Of a stretch of 64,000 nt of DNA, positions 26,116 to 37,670 are shown piece by piece. Every line of letters starts with the position of its first letter. The stretch's first letter is position 1. The DNA lies in NCBI GenBank assembly GCA_951406725.2, contig OX597818.1, positions 106,764,001-106,828,000 of the forward strand. The letters are read 5' to 3'. The position numbers and the translations under genes are program-made. This stretch comes from Octopus vulgaris (lineage: Eukaryota). The notes beneath the pieces are model-generated. The model saw only the letters and a list, made by a program, of their open reading frames with translations, made no database searches and was not told the origin of the DNA.

Positions 26116-27501
26116 AAGATGCCAGATTTTTGTACAACTTTGATTATTTGAAGGAACAAACAATAATAAATATATTTGACAGAATTTGAAATTTGAACAA
26201 TAAACTTATTAATTATCTTCTTTACTAATCAACTAATCAGTTTCTTTCTTAGATTTTTGCTCATTTTTAATGTTTGGTTGTGGCCGATCCAGTTTTTGTA
26301 TAGTTCTCTGATATGTGAAATATATAATCTGATAATTAATTGCAACCAATATTGACTTGAAAAACAATGTTACTGTTATAATGGTATTTGAAATTGTTAT
26401 TTAGAAAATTGAGAATGTGCCGAAAGACCAGCCGTCCTTGATGTTGTGTTGTCTTTGTTGATAGTTTTCTCCACATAGTTCCATCTATTGAAGGGTGCCA
26501 TGCCCCATTAACTCCAATAGCATCATTTTTTAGTTTGCAGCACTGAGTTCAGTTCCTCCAACAAATCTTTGATTGGCCGCCATTCTATCCAGGAAGAGAG
26601 TTGGCCTTCATTGGTTTATTTTTTCCATCATTCGGAGATGATCCCTGATCTTATGATCCCCTGTGATTAAGTAAAACCCACATTAAAAGTGCACCTGTAC
26701 AAGTCTTCACACAATCTGCCTTATTTGTTTGATTGATGGTGAATTGATCTTTTTGTCTGATTTCTTACCTGACACTCACAATTCGTGGAGACCGAAGACG
26801 ATGACAGGAAGCGACAGGTGTTGCTTATAGTAACTGATGAAATGTTGAAGAGGTTAAATTTCATGCCTCACAATTCACTAAACTCTAGAATAGAAAACTG
26901 GATACAATTACTACCTGACTTCACCATATTTAACCTGTACTTGCTCGTCATTGCTCTAGTGTCTTATCCCAAGAACATTTCTCAAAAATATCTAAGAACT
27001 CTGTAACTCCGACCACATCAGTTTAAAAAAGGTGGTGAAAGTTAAGATCACAGTCACCCCTTCTTAGGCCTAAATACAAATAGTTAAAACTTTGAACTAA
27101 AAAATAAATCAATAAAATTATCCATGATTTTTTCAAAGCATCATAGATTAGAATCTGATCACTTAAAATATGTTCTCTGATATTTTGCAGTCTCTTTAAA
27201 TCATATTTTTTTACATAATATTTAATGGACCAAAGCGGTATTGGTTTATATAATTGTGTATATTGTAGCTTGATAGTCTGATGAGATAATAGTGACAAAT
27301 CAAAAGTATCAAATATGTTGATATTATCAACATGAATGATATTTCATAATATGATAGCAAAAACAGAGATGATATAAAATAAGAAAAGTAATGTATAAGG
27401 GAATACACTGTAATAATCCCTTCTGGTATTGGTACAAGACCTGAAATTTTGTGGTAACGAAGCTTGCTGATTATGTTGATTCCATTACTCAATTGGTCCA
27501 T

Positions 27502-27631
27502 ATTTTATCGACCCCGAAAGGATGAAAGGGAAACTCAACCTGAGCAGCATTGGAACTTCAGATATAAAGACAGGTAAGATGCTGCTAAGCATTTAGTCTG
27601 GTGTACTAACGATTCAGTCACCTCATTGCCT
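27502..27631 (-). mobile_element. SINE family B, 5' portion
   Basis: ttttatcgaccccgaaaggatgaaagg core in reverse complement. Confidence 0.75.
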
Positions 27632-28966
27632 AAGCACAAAAGGTAATAATATAAAAGACTTAAGAATGCTCATATTAAGGGTGGTGATAGCATGGAAAAT
27701 CTTTGAGAAATAAATGGTAAAGTTGAATTCAATGCAATTTCCTTATAGAATGTGATATAAAGAAACATAACCTTGTAAATACAGTGATGTATTCTATCTG
27801 AGAGTCTGCCATTTTTAAGACCTCTAAAACTGTGGTGAAGTGTTAAACATTTGAACGTTTTGGATTACCGAGCATATGTTTGAAATAATCAAACTTAATC
27901 CATTCATACATGTTCCTTAATGTATAGTTCTTTGGATTACATTGCATTTGTAAACAGCACCACTCTATTCATTGTTACCTGTTATTTATAAAATTCTTTT
28001 GTCAATCTAAAGTTTTTCCCTAACTGTTCTGTATGTATATTAGTTGATATATAACACATGACCCTTGTTTATTAAGTATATTAACTTCACCATTAGTTGA
28101 TACATATTACCCCACACTATTAAGGCTCAGAAGTAAGTGAATGACATTAATTTTACTTTGAATTATTCAAACAGGTTCTTCATAGAAGCTAGCAGTCATT
28201 ACGATTGGCCACTACAAGAGAACCTCTGACTTAGGACAGTTTTTTTTAACAAATCCCAATTTAGCATTTTAAACAAAGAAGAACGCATTTGGATAATGTG
28301 AGAAACACAATGCCTAAAAGAACCACAGATTGGTCACAGCCGTAACACTTTTAATTACATGTCCATTTGACGAAAATCAGAACAAAACTGGGAGTCAGAC
28401 AAGAACAGGTTCACTAAGACACCAGTTATTAACAGCATGGTTCCAATTCCTAATCCTGTGTTCTCAAAGATTGGATTGATGTACACCATTTTTATAGACA
28501 TAAGTTGTTTAGTGTTTTTATACTCGACAGACTTTCCCTAAACTAACGACCAACACAACAGATGTGTGTTATACAAACTTAGTAGAACTGACTTTAGTCA
28601 GAACTGAACTATGGACACGGATCATTAACTCCATTTTTACTACACCATTAACCTGAGCCAGCTGAAAAGAGAAACAAAAAAAAAAAAACGAAACAGAAAA
28701 AGCACATTAGATATATGTAATTCCTGTTCATAATTCAATATATATGTACATTGATGTATTCATGAAACAATTGATTTGAAGGTTTCCATATGGAAAAGGA
28801 TTCATTAATTAATAAGTAGTTTGATAAGTACAAACTTACTCTAAATGTATGTGCAAACGTATATATATATATATAAAAACATACACATACACAAACTTAC
28901 ATGCAATTACACACACACACACCCATATGAATACATGCATACTTATATTTACAAACTTTTGATTTT

Positions 28967-29009
<43 letters not shown>

Positions 29010-29249
29010 GTACGTATGTATCTACTTATCCATTCCTAACATGTTCTGGCAGGCTTAAACCTGAACATGGCTTTTCATTGTACAAGTCACTGCTTTGCCT
29101 CCCCATAATCATTTCATATCAGCTCATTATTCCTTATCACTTATCATCGGTGATTTCTATAGATACAAACAGTTGTTCCTGTCCAGCTCCATATGACCAG
29201 CTGGTGTTTATCACAAAAGAGGCACAACCACATTGGAACAATGGGGTCT

Positions 29250-29608
29250 GATAGTCCACTGACACCACTTGGGCCAAGTATGGTTTTTGCACATACTGTC
29301 TGGAATGGTCATTCTCTGAGACAATATACAACAGTAAAATTCCATGTTCACATTTAAGTCTGTTGGAATGTACACAGCATTGTTTGGGTTCTTTCAGTTT
29401 TGTATGCTCTCATGAGAAATTTTGTGTGCATACCATCGTACCAACCTGGAAGCTTCCTCTTCCTTGTCTTGGTCTCAGCTCTATAGAGAAACATGTTCTC
29501 TACTAATGTAAGCTTTGATGATTGTCAGATGTTTAAAGTTTGTTACAAGCACTCCAGACAAGTCCCTTGCATGTAGAGAGGTCATTCTTACTCTCCACAA
29601 CATAGGCC
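29250..29608 (-). mobile_element. Degenerate RTE-X-like RT C-terminal fragment
   Basis: AYVVESKNDLSTCKGLVWSACNKL, VENMFLYRAET and YDGMHTKFLMRA match the pattern AWxACNKL...VESxLLYGxETW...DGxYTRLL. Confidence 0.6.
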
Positions 29609-30760
29609 TTTTCTTCCCTGCTGAAGTGATGGTGGGTGGTCTTCCCCTCTGTGACCTGGTGGGCCAGAATCTACTGAGGTCATGGATATCTAAGTAGTCA
29701 CTGTCATAGCGTAGTCTAAGGAGGAGGCCCAGTTCCATTGTGTTGACCTTACAGAACTCCACTTCACTCTCACAGATTATCTGAATGCATTTCTCCACAG
29801 CAAAATCTATGTCTATAGATGGGTAGAGTGAAATCACCTCCATTCTACCCACTACACAATCTGTGAGCTCATTGGAGTGGTTGCAAGTACTGATTTTACT
29901 GAGATCTTCTGTGCTCACACAGACATCTGGGGACATCTCTATGAGAGGTCATAACACCTGTGAGAGGAAGTAGGACAGTCTATGGTTGCTGGAGATGTTT
30001 GCTCCACAAACTGGTCTGGCTGGGGGCCCCGCGACAGGGTTTACGTAGGGTTTGTGGTCTTTGCGTAACCCGTATAGTGTAGGATCATCACTGTTGGATG
30101 CCTGGAAATTGTGTGCCATCCTTTTTATATGTTGGAGTATGTTGCACCACATTCCCATGTGTGCATTGAGAAGTTTTTCCACTCTTCCCTGTTCTTGTGG
30201 TGCAACTTCTCTCATGCTACTGCTGTGTTGCTGCATGGTCTGGACAGGGCTCTGTGGGTTGTCCATTGACAATCTGCCAGACTTGTCCGTAAGGAGGCAC
30301 ACTAATTCTCTGTTCCTAATTCACTGTTTTAGTTTTTGTAGGCCTTTGTCAACAGATGAGCTGAGTTTGTGGGTCCCTTCCTCGCTATGTTTTTTAGAGA
30401 ATTTATTGTATCAGTCTGAAAAATGTTGGAGTCTATTTCTAGCTAAGGAGATCTTTGCTTTTGTTTCACTGTCAATCTGGGGTGGGATACATACCATTTT
30501 GTTAAAGGGTAAGTCTATGGGGTAGATCCTCGTCATGTCATAGGATTTGTTGTTAGGGTTATTGAAGACAGAGTGTAGAGTGTTATTATCGTTGTGGTTG
30601 TTGTTATAGTTGCCGGTATTGTTGTTGCTGTTGCTGGTGGTAGGGGTTGTGTTGTGTCTATTGTTGTGGGTGTGGGTGTGGGGGGTGGGTGGATGATGTG
30701 GTTGGTATTGTTGTATGGGATGTTGCTGTTGTTGTTGTTGTTGTTACTGTTGCTATCATC
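29609..30760 (-). mobile_element. Penelope-like element RT N-terminal half (possibly Naiad/Chlamys-type)
   Basis: One frame carries DLPFNKMV, TDKSGRL (DKG-like motif), LYGLRKDHK, PPARPVCGA and GRMEVISLYPSI (SLYPSI motif). It is interrupted only by three TGA codons and has a low-complexity N/T/P-rich N-terminal part. Confidence 0.8.
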
Positions 30761-30764
30761 ATTG

Positions 30765-31280
30765 TGACCAATGCTAGTACCCACCTGACTGGCTCCCATC
30801 ATGATGACATGTAAAAAGCACCCACTATACTCTCAGAGTGGTTGTTGTTAGGAAGAGCATCCAGCTGTAGAAACCATGCCAGATCAGAATGAGCCTGGTG
30901 CAGCCTACTGACTCACCAGTCCTCACTCAATCATCATCATTGTTTGACCGTGGTCAAGACAATGGAATTTACTATGTTACACCAGACTTCACGGTCCATC
31001 ATAGCATTACTGAGGTCCTGTTGCTAGATGCCTGTATCCCTGGAGATTACATCAAGGTAGGAGAGTGTGCACCTGCTGGTGTCATGAGTAGATGGCTTCC
31101 AGAGGAGAAGAGTAGAAATAGCCTTGTTTCCAGCTCTACAACAATGTCCAGCAAACTGGACTCTCCTACCTTTCACAAGAGATGATACAGCTGGTAGTTT
31201 CCCATATATTTGTACTCAATCAAACCATCCAACCCATGCCAGCATGGAAAACAGACGTTAATCGATGATGATGATGGTGA
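30765..31280 (+). mobile_element. Family C copy split by an RTE-X insertion
   Basis: The 5' part at 30765-30933 resumes at 31223 (aaccatccaacccatgccagcatggaaaacagacgttaa) and ends in (GAT)n. Confidence 0.8.
30934..31213 (-). mobile_element. 5'-truncated RTE-X-like LINE with 9-bp TSD
   Basis: QIYGKLPAVSSLVKGRRVQFAGHCCRAGNKAISTLLLWKP...AMMDREVW; TSD actcaatca at 30925-30933 and 31214-31222. Confidence 0.85.
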
Positions 31281-31657
31281 TACATATATATATACATATA
31301 TATATTAATACATTTCGTGAAGCGTTAAAGTAATTAAAACCCAAGTTAAAATATTTAGTGCACTGATTGATAGGAGACCAGTTCCACTTGAGTGGTGATC
31401 AGTGCATTTGTTTATAGCTGGTCAACCAACCGTATCTTTTCCTCTTATTCCTTGCTGCCTTTCATTTTGTCGATACAAGTGTGACTGATGACAAAGATAA
31501 TCCAGGAACAGAATTAGTGATAAGTACTTATAGGATCAATTTTCCCCTCATGTATTTTTAATTATTAAGATTGAAGATTTGTTGTGATAATTTATGAAAT
31601 GAGGAATAAGTCTGAATAGATATTCTGAGATAAGATGTTTGAAGATATAGAACACAC

Positions 31658-31707
<50 letters not shown>

Positions 31708-31771
31708 GTATATATATATACATATACATATATGTGTATATATATGTATACATACATAAATATATATATGT

Positions 31772-32082
31772 ATCATCATCATCATATTTTAACGTCCATT
31801 TTCCGCGCTAGCACGGGTTGGACGGTTCGACCAGGGTCTGGGAAGCCAGGGGCTGCACCAGGCTCCAGTCTGATCTGGCAGTGTTTCTACAGCTGGATCC
31901 CCTTCCTAACGCCAACCACTCTGCAAGTGTAGTGGGTGCTTTTTACGTGCCACCGGCACAGAAGCCAGTTGAGGCGGCGCTGGCATTGGCCACGTTCGGA
32001 TGGTGCTTTTTATGTGCCACCGGCACAGGTATCACAACTACTATTTCCATTGATATTTATTTCGATGTTCATGTACTTGACT
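31772..32082 (-). mobile_element. Family C (RTE 3' UTR) copy, young
   Basis: Closely collinear with 22822-23200; CpGs retained. Confidence 0.9.
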
Positions 32083-32283
32083 ATATATGTATATATATAT
32101 ATATACACACATATATATATGTATATATACATATGTATATATGTATATATATATAGATGAGTGTATTTTTACCTTGTTAACAATTAACACGGAAAAATAA
32201 ATAAATAGTTACCAGGGCAGCAAAAATACTTGTTTAAACCTGCGTTAACTCCATTTTTTATTCATATGTATATATATATATAT

Positions 32284-32537
32284 TGTGTCGGTGGCACATA
32301 AAAACACCATCCGAGCGTGGCCGTCTGCCAGCCTCGTCTGGCACTGTGTCGGTGGCACATAAAATCACCCACTACACTCTCGGAGTGGTTGGCATTAGGA
32401 AGGGCATCCAGCTGTAGAAACACTGCCAGATCTGACTGGCCTGGTGCAGCCTTCGGGCTCCTCAGACCCCAGTTGAACCGTCCAACCCATGCTAGCATGG
32501 AAAGCAGACGTTAAATGATGATGATGATGATGATGAT
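32284..32537 (+). mobile_element. Family C copy
   Basis: ggtggcacataaaa modules, ggttggcattaggaagggcatccagctgtagaaac, (GAT)n tail. Confidence 0.9.
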
Positions 32538-32542
32538 ATATG

Positions 32543-32623
<81 letters not shown>

Positions 32624-32628
32624 GTATA

Positions 32629-32682
<54 letters not shown>
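32537..32682. repeat. (TA)n microsatellite
   Basis: Long TA array. Confidence 0.95.
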
Positions 32683-32686
<4 letters not shown>

Positions 32687-32822
32687 GGAGAATTCACAAA
32701 AAAATAAAAGACAAAGACAGGTGGTGTAGAAAACAAACAGATGTATTAGTATAATGCTTGGGAAGTGAAAAAGTCTTTAATATTTCAAGCCTATGCTCTT
32801 TCACAGAAATAAACAAGGAGAG

Positions 32823-32886
<64 letters not shown>

Positions 32887-32887
32887 A

Positions 32888-33043
32888 TGAGCTTCTTTTA
32901 GTTTCCATCTACCAAATCAACATGCAAGATTTTGATCAGCCAGAAGCTATGATTGGAGACATTTGCTCAAGGTGCCATACAGTGGGACTGAACCTACAAC
33001 CAATTGGTTGGGAAGCAAACTTGTCATCATACAGTGATTCCTG
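32888..33043 (-). mobile_element. SINE family A, degenerate 5' half
   Basis: gtttccatctaccaaatc...ctcaaggtgcc...gtgggactgaacc. Confidence 0.7.
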
Positions 33044-33151
33044 ATTAACCTCTTTTATGAGTATTTTGCTTCTTAACTACTAAAGCCTTAATCTCATTGC
33101 ATAACACTTTCACCAAGTGCCATCTAACAATATCATTTTCATTCTTATGAG

Positions 33152-33388
33152 GGTGGCCAGCTGGCAGAAACGTTAGCACACTGGGTGAAATGCTCAGCAG
33201 TATTTCGTCTGCTGTTATGTTCTGAGTTCAAATTCTGTTGAGGTCTACTTTGCCTTTCATCCTTTTGGGATCAATTAAAAAAGTACCAGTTCTGCACTGG
33301 AGTTGATGTAATTGACTTAATCCCTTTGTTTGTCCTTGTCTGTCCCCTCTACGTTTAGCCCCCTGTGGGCAATAACAACATAAGTATA
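33152..33388 (+). mobile_element. SINE family B, full length
   Basis: agctggcagaaacgttagcac, gagttcaaattc, ctttgcctttcatcctttt, tail gtcccctctacgtttagccccctgtggg. Confidence 0.85.
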
Positions 33389-33857
33389 ATTTTCGTTGAC
33401 CATTCATTTCTGAGTGAAATTTGGTTGAGAAAATGTTTGTGGAGACCACCATGCGTATTGTTGTATGTTTTTATTCTATTTTCTACGTTTGCACAGGTTG
33501 GTTGGATACATATCCGAGACAGCGTATCATGATAGGATGCTTTTTCTGTCACCAACATTTATCTGTTTTGCAAGTAAAAGGATTTTTTTATTCTGCTAAA
33601 CTTCAAAATTGCAGAGTTACAGAATATGATGTTCATCAGGAATGTAAACTGTCTGAAGACAAAATTAGTTTCCTCTTAGGCAATAACCACCCTAATCACA
33701 GATTCTTTACTGCTATTTACCATTAATTTATATGGCTATATGTGTGTGTGTGTGTGTGTGTTCAAGGTATTCTTGTTATTGTAATGCTTATTATCTGTTT
33801 CAGTATGATGTATTATTGTGTTTCATAATGTGTTACTTTTGATATGCTTTGATATAA

Positions 33858-34070
33858 GGGCAGGGAACTGGCAGAATTGTTAACACATCATGCATAATAC
33901 ATTCTGAGTTTGAATTTTCTGCTGAGGTCAGTTTTGCCTTTCATCCTTTTGAAGTTGATGAGATAAGCCCCAGTTGAACATTGAGGGTTGATGGAATTGA
34001 TTTACCCCACCCCACCCCACCCCACCTCACCCCAAAATTACTTGCCTTGTACTAAAACTTTGAAACAAAT
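33858..34070 (+). mobile_element. SINE family B, older copy with (CCCCA)n insert
   Basis: ctggcagaattgttaac...tttgcctttcatcctttt...; C-rich tract at 34004-34033. Confidence 0.7.
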
Positions 34071-34179
34071 CTCTATTGACACAATAACTTCATATCTAAC
34101 AGACAGATATGAAGAATGATTCTTTTTGATACATGTAGAGTACCTAAAAGAGCTGTCTCAAGTTCCTTATTCTTATATA

Positions 34180-34500
34180 TCATCATCATCATCATTTAAC
34201 GTCAGTTTTCCATGCTGGCTGGCATGGGTTTGGCAGGATCCAGCCAGGTGAGAAGACTGCACCTGGCTTCACTGTCTGGTTTTATGGCTGGATGCTCTTC
34301 TTGACCTCAACCACTTTATGGTGTGGAATGGATGCTTTTTACCTGGCATCAGCACTGGTGGGGGTCACCAAGTAAATCGAGAGACAAAGATCCTTTGTGA
34401 GGTAGGGGGTGGTGGCACTGGAGGAGGTGACCTGTGCCAGGTGATGAGAGGTCAGAGTGTGACAGAGGGAAAGAAACAGGTGTCTTGGTTATCTCAGTTA
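34180..34500 (-). mobile_element. Older family C subfamily 3' end
   Basis: (CAT)n, tttaacgtcagttttccatgctgg, ggctggatgctcttc. Confidence 0.7.
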
Positions 34501-34509
34501 GAGGGAGGG

Positions 34510-34510
34510 T

Positions 34511-34541
<31 letters not shown>

Positions 34542-34573
34542 AGAGAAAGAGAAAGAGAGAGAGAGAGAAAGAT

Positions 34574-34614
<41 letters not shown>
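34510..34614. repeat. (GA)n microsatellite
   Basis: GA/GAAAGA array. Confidence 0.9.
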
Positions 34615-35319
34615 TTAAAAAAAACAGAGAAAACACTGTGTAATGTACCCCCAGATACACTAAGCATGGAAACAAGGGAGGTTGAGATAAAATACTGTGA
34701 TGTATATGTCTTTCTAGGAGTATATGTGAAGTGAAGATGAATTCATCTCAGTTTGAGTAGCTTACTTGAAGCATTCTGTTGCTTGACCAGAACAGATATT
34801 ACAAACAAGCCAGCCTGCTGCTTCTCATCTTACTTTCACCATCATTTCCCGCAGCAGCACATAAAACCAGAAGCAATTCACGAATGTCAGATCAACAACA
34901 AGTATTTCCTATAAGTTATTCAAGAAGAAGCACCACAAAATTACGGCAGGCAAATAAAGATTCGTCTGTTTCAGAATAAATAATCACTCACAAAAGGAAA
35001 TGGTTTAGAAATAAATGAAGCATTCAACCGATTCAGAAATAGCTCTGATAAATATTAGAAGAAGTAGAAATTTGAAACATCATTCTATGAATGAGAAAAA
35101 AGGACGAAATACTGAAGACAATCAATGCCAACAATGTCTGTGAGCCATGAAACAAAAGAATTCATGGAAAGCTACTTAGAATCAGATAAAAAAAAATACA
35201 ACACAAGTCATAAAATTTCAACCTCCAGAACTACTGTAGGAAATATTAGGGGTTTGACCAATATTTTGTGAATAAAATCTGATGGACAGAAACTGTGCAG
35301 AAGCCTATTATGCATATAT

Positions 35320-35486
35320 GTATACATACATATAAATATGCATGCATGCATGCATGCATACATACATACATACATACATACATACATACATACACACATA
35401 CATACATACATACATACATTCACACATACATACACATGCACAGACACTCATACATACATGCATGCTCACATACATGCATACATACA

Positions 35487-35519
<33 letters not shown>

Positions 35520-35640
35520 GCATGCACACATACATGCATACATACATACATACATACATACATACATACATACATACATACACACATACATACACACGCG
35601 CACACACTCATACATACATACATGCATACACACATACATA
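35320..35640. repeat. (CATA)n compound microsatellite
   Basis: Source of the HTYI/MYVC ORFs. Confidence 0.95.
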
Positions 35641-36489
35641 GCCTCTCTTGGACTCATGACTGCTACCTTACATCGAACTTCAAAGGTTCTGCATTTACAA
35701 TCCAAGAACAAGAGATTACTATGAAATATCGATTCCCCAAAAGAGATAGTGAACCCTTTTCACCTCCAAGATGCAACTAAAAATGGAGAGTATGTCATAT
35801 TTCTGTGGAAGACATCCCACATGGGATTAGCAGTTGCTCATAAAAATGTCATCAAGTCACTACTTCCTTATGCAAAAACAACATACCATGTCTTTGAGAC
35901 AGAAGACTGTCCTGGAATAAATATAGAGAATTCACTCATTTTATTGAATTTTAAAGATGATACCTATATCATTTGGGCAATGTTGAAGGAATATTTTCCA
36001 CATCATACAGATGATGTAGCACTCACGGTAGCATTGGAGGGAGCTTTTTGAATCAATCCCAATAGTCAAGGCTTGTCATGTCATCTTTTTTTTTTGTGAT
36101 TGATCTCTGGGAGCTTCAATTATCATAATATTCTGTATCATGTGGAAGGAACCACAGCAGACAACAGTATTCAAGGTGAGGGTGAGCAAAAGTAGAGAAA
36201 AGTAGGGTAATGGTAGGGGTGTCTCTAGACCAGAAAGTCCTGAGGATCCAGAAAAAATGCCCTGTGAGCCATGTCAACTTTGCTGTTTATGTGATCACTC
36301 CATCTTATCATTATCATCATATATATATCTTCTGTAGTTGTTGGTTATGGTTAGTCAGAAAGTTAACATTGATATCATGTATATCATTACACTTAGCAAT
36401 ATAGACGACATGTCAGAGCTGCTAGCTAGAGTCACGTAGACTTTTTACATGCATAAATTCACACATACATATATATATATATGCCTACA

Positions 36490-36868
36490 TACTCTTTTAC
36501 TCTTTACTCTTCTACTTGTTTCAGAGATTTGACTGTGGCCATGCTGAAGCACCACCTTTAGTCGAGCAAATCGACCCCAGGACTTATTCTTTGTAAGCCT
36601 AGTACTTATTCTATCGGTCTCTTTTGCAGAACCGCTAAGTTACGGGGACGTAAACACACCAGCATCGGTTGTCAAGCGATGTTGGGAGGACAAACACAGA
36701 CACACAAACACACACACACATATATATACATATACATATATAAGACGGGCTTCTTTCAGTTTCCATCTACCAAATCCACTCACAATGCTTTGGTCGGCCC
36801 GAGGCTATAGTAGAAGACACATGCCCAAGGTGCCATGCAATGGGACTGAACCCGGAACCATATGGTTG
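36490..36868 (-). mobile_element. SINE family A, young, near full length
   Basis: Reverse complement closely matches 59042-59452; CpG-rich. Confidence 0.9.
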
Positions 36869-36942
36869 AAGCCCATGCACTTAATCTTATTGATTAGCAG
36901 CATATCCACAGATGAACTTCGATATGTAGGCAAAATTTAGGT

Positions 36943-37670
36943 GACATGGTAGTAAGATGTGGGCCCTGAATGCAGAAGACATGATGCAAAGGCTTAGGGG
37001 AGGAATGAAGCTAGTCTGCTCTGTTGGATGTGTAATGTCAATTTATAAGAGAGTGCTAAGTGTGTTGAGAGAAAAGTTAGGCATGAGAGGAATTCGATGC
37101 AATGTGCAAGAGAGAAGATGACTGTGCTGGTTTGGTCATGTGATGTGTAATGGAAGAAGACAATTGCATAAAGAAGTGCCAATTGCTTAAAATGGATGGA
37201 AGTTATTGAGTGGGAAGACCCAGAAAGACATGAGACGAAGTACTGAAGGCTGATCTCAAAACACTGAGCCTTACAAAAGAGATGTCAGTGGACTGAGGTT
37301 TGTGGCACATCCCTGTACACATGAAGACCTGCCCACCACAGAAGAATTGATATCCTTAAACCAAGGTGCTACACATAAAGCACTGATGTTGATGCTGGTG
37401 CCACGTAAAAAGCACTGGTGACTGTGCCACTTAAAAAGCACTGTTGATGGTACCACAAAAAAAAAAAACTGTTGATGGTGCTACCTAAAAGGCACCCAGT
37501 ACAATCTGTAAAGTGGTTGGCATTGGGAAGGACATCCAGCCATAGAATCGAAGTCAAAACAGACGATGAAGCCTGGTGCATCCCCTAGGGTCATCTGCTC
37601 CAGCCAAGCCATCCAACCCATGCCAGCATGGAAAACAGATGTTCAATGATGATGATGATGATGATGATGT
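36943..37670 (+). mobile_element. 5'-truncated RTE LINE (degenerate RT C-terminus, 3' UTR, (GAT)n)
   Basis: HGSKMWALNAEDM...LCWMCNV...REKLGMRGIRCNVQERR..CWFGHVM...GRPRKT*DEVLKADLKTLSLTKEM, followed by a family C-like tail. Confidence 0.85.

Noticed and set aside
31349-31406. tgcactgat...atcagtgca inverted repeat with a CUGAUCA hammerhead-like core on the minus strand
   Set aside because: The 3-8 pair is broken, GAAA is incomplete and stem I does not close.
31485-31515. Canonical CTGATGA
   Set aside because: No stem II, GAAA or stem I pairing.
32771-32810. Decayed hammerhead-like motif on the minus strand (tgaaagagcataggcttgaaat)
   Set aside because: Plausibly a PLE relic, but the core spacing and stems are too damaged to call.
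33152-33235. tRNA gene candidates at SINE heads
   Set aside because: A/B-box-like motifs only, no full cloverleaf, and they continue into SINE bodies.
35749-36051. 100-aa ORF
   Set aside because: No family recognised; possibly a decayed LINE ORF1, but unsupported.
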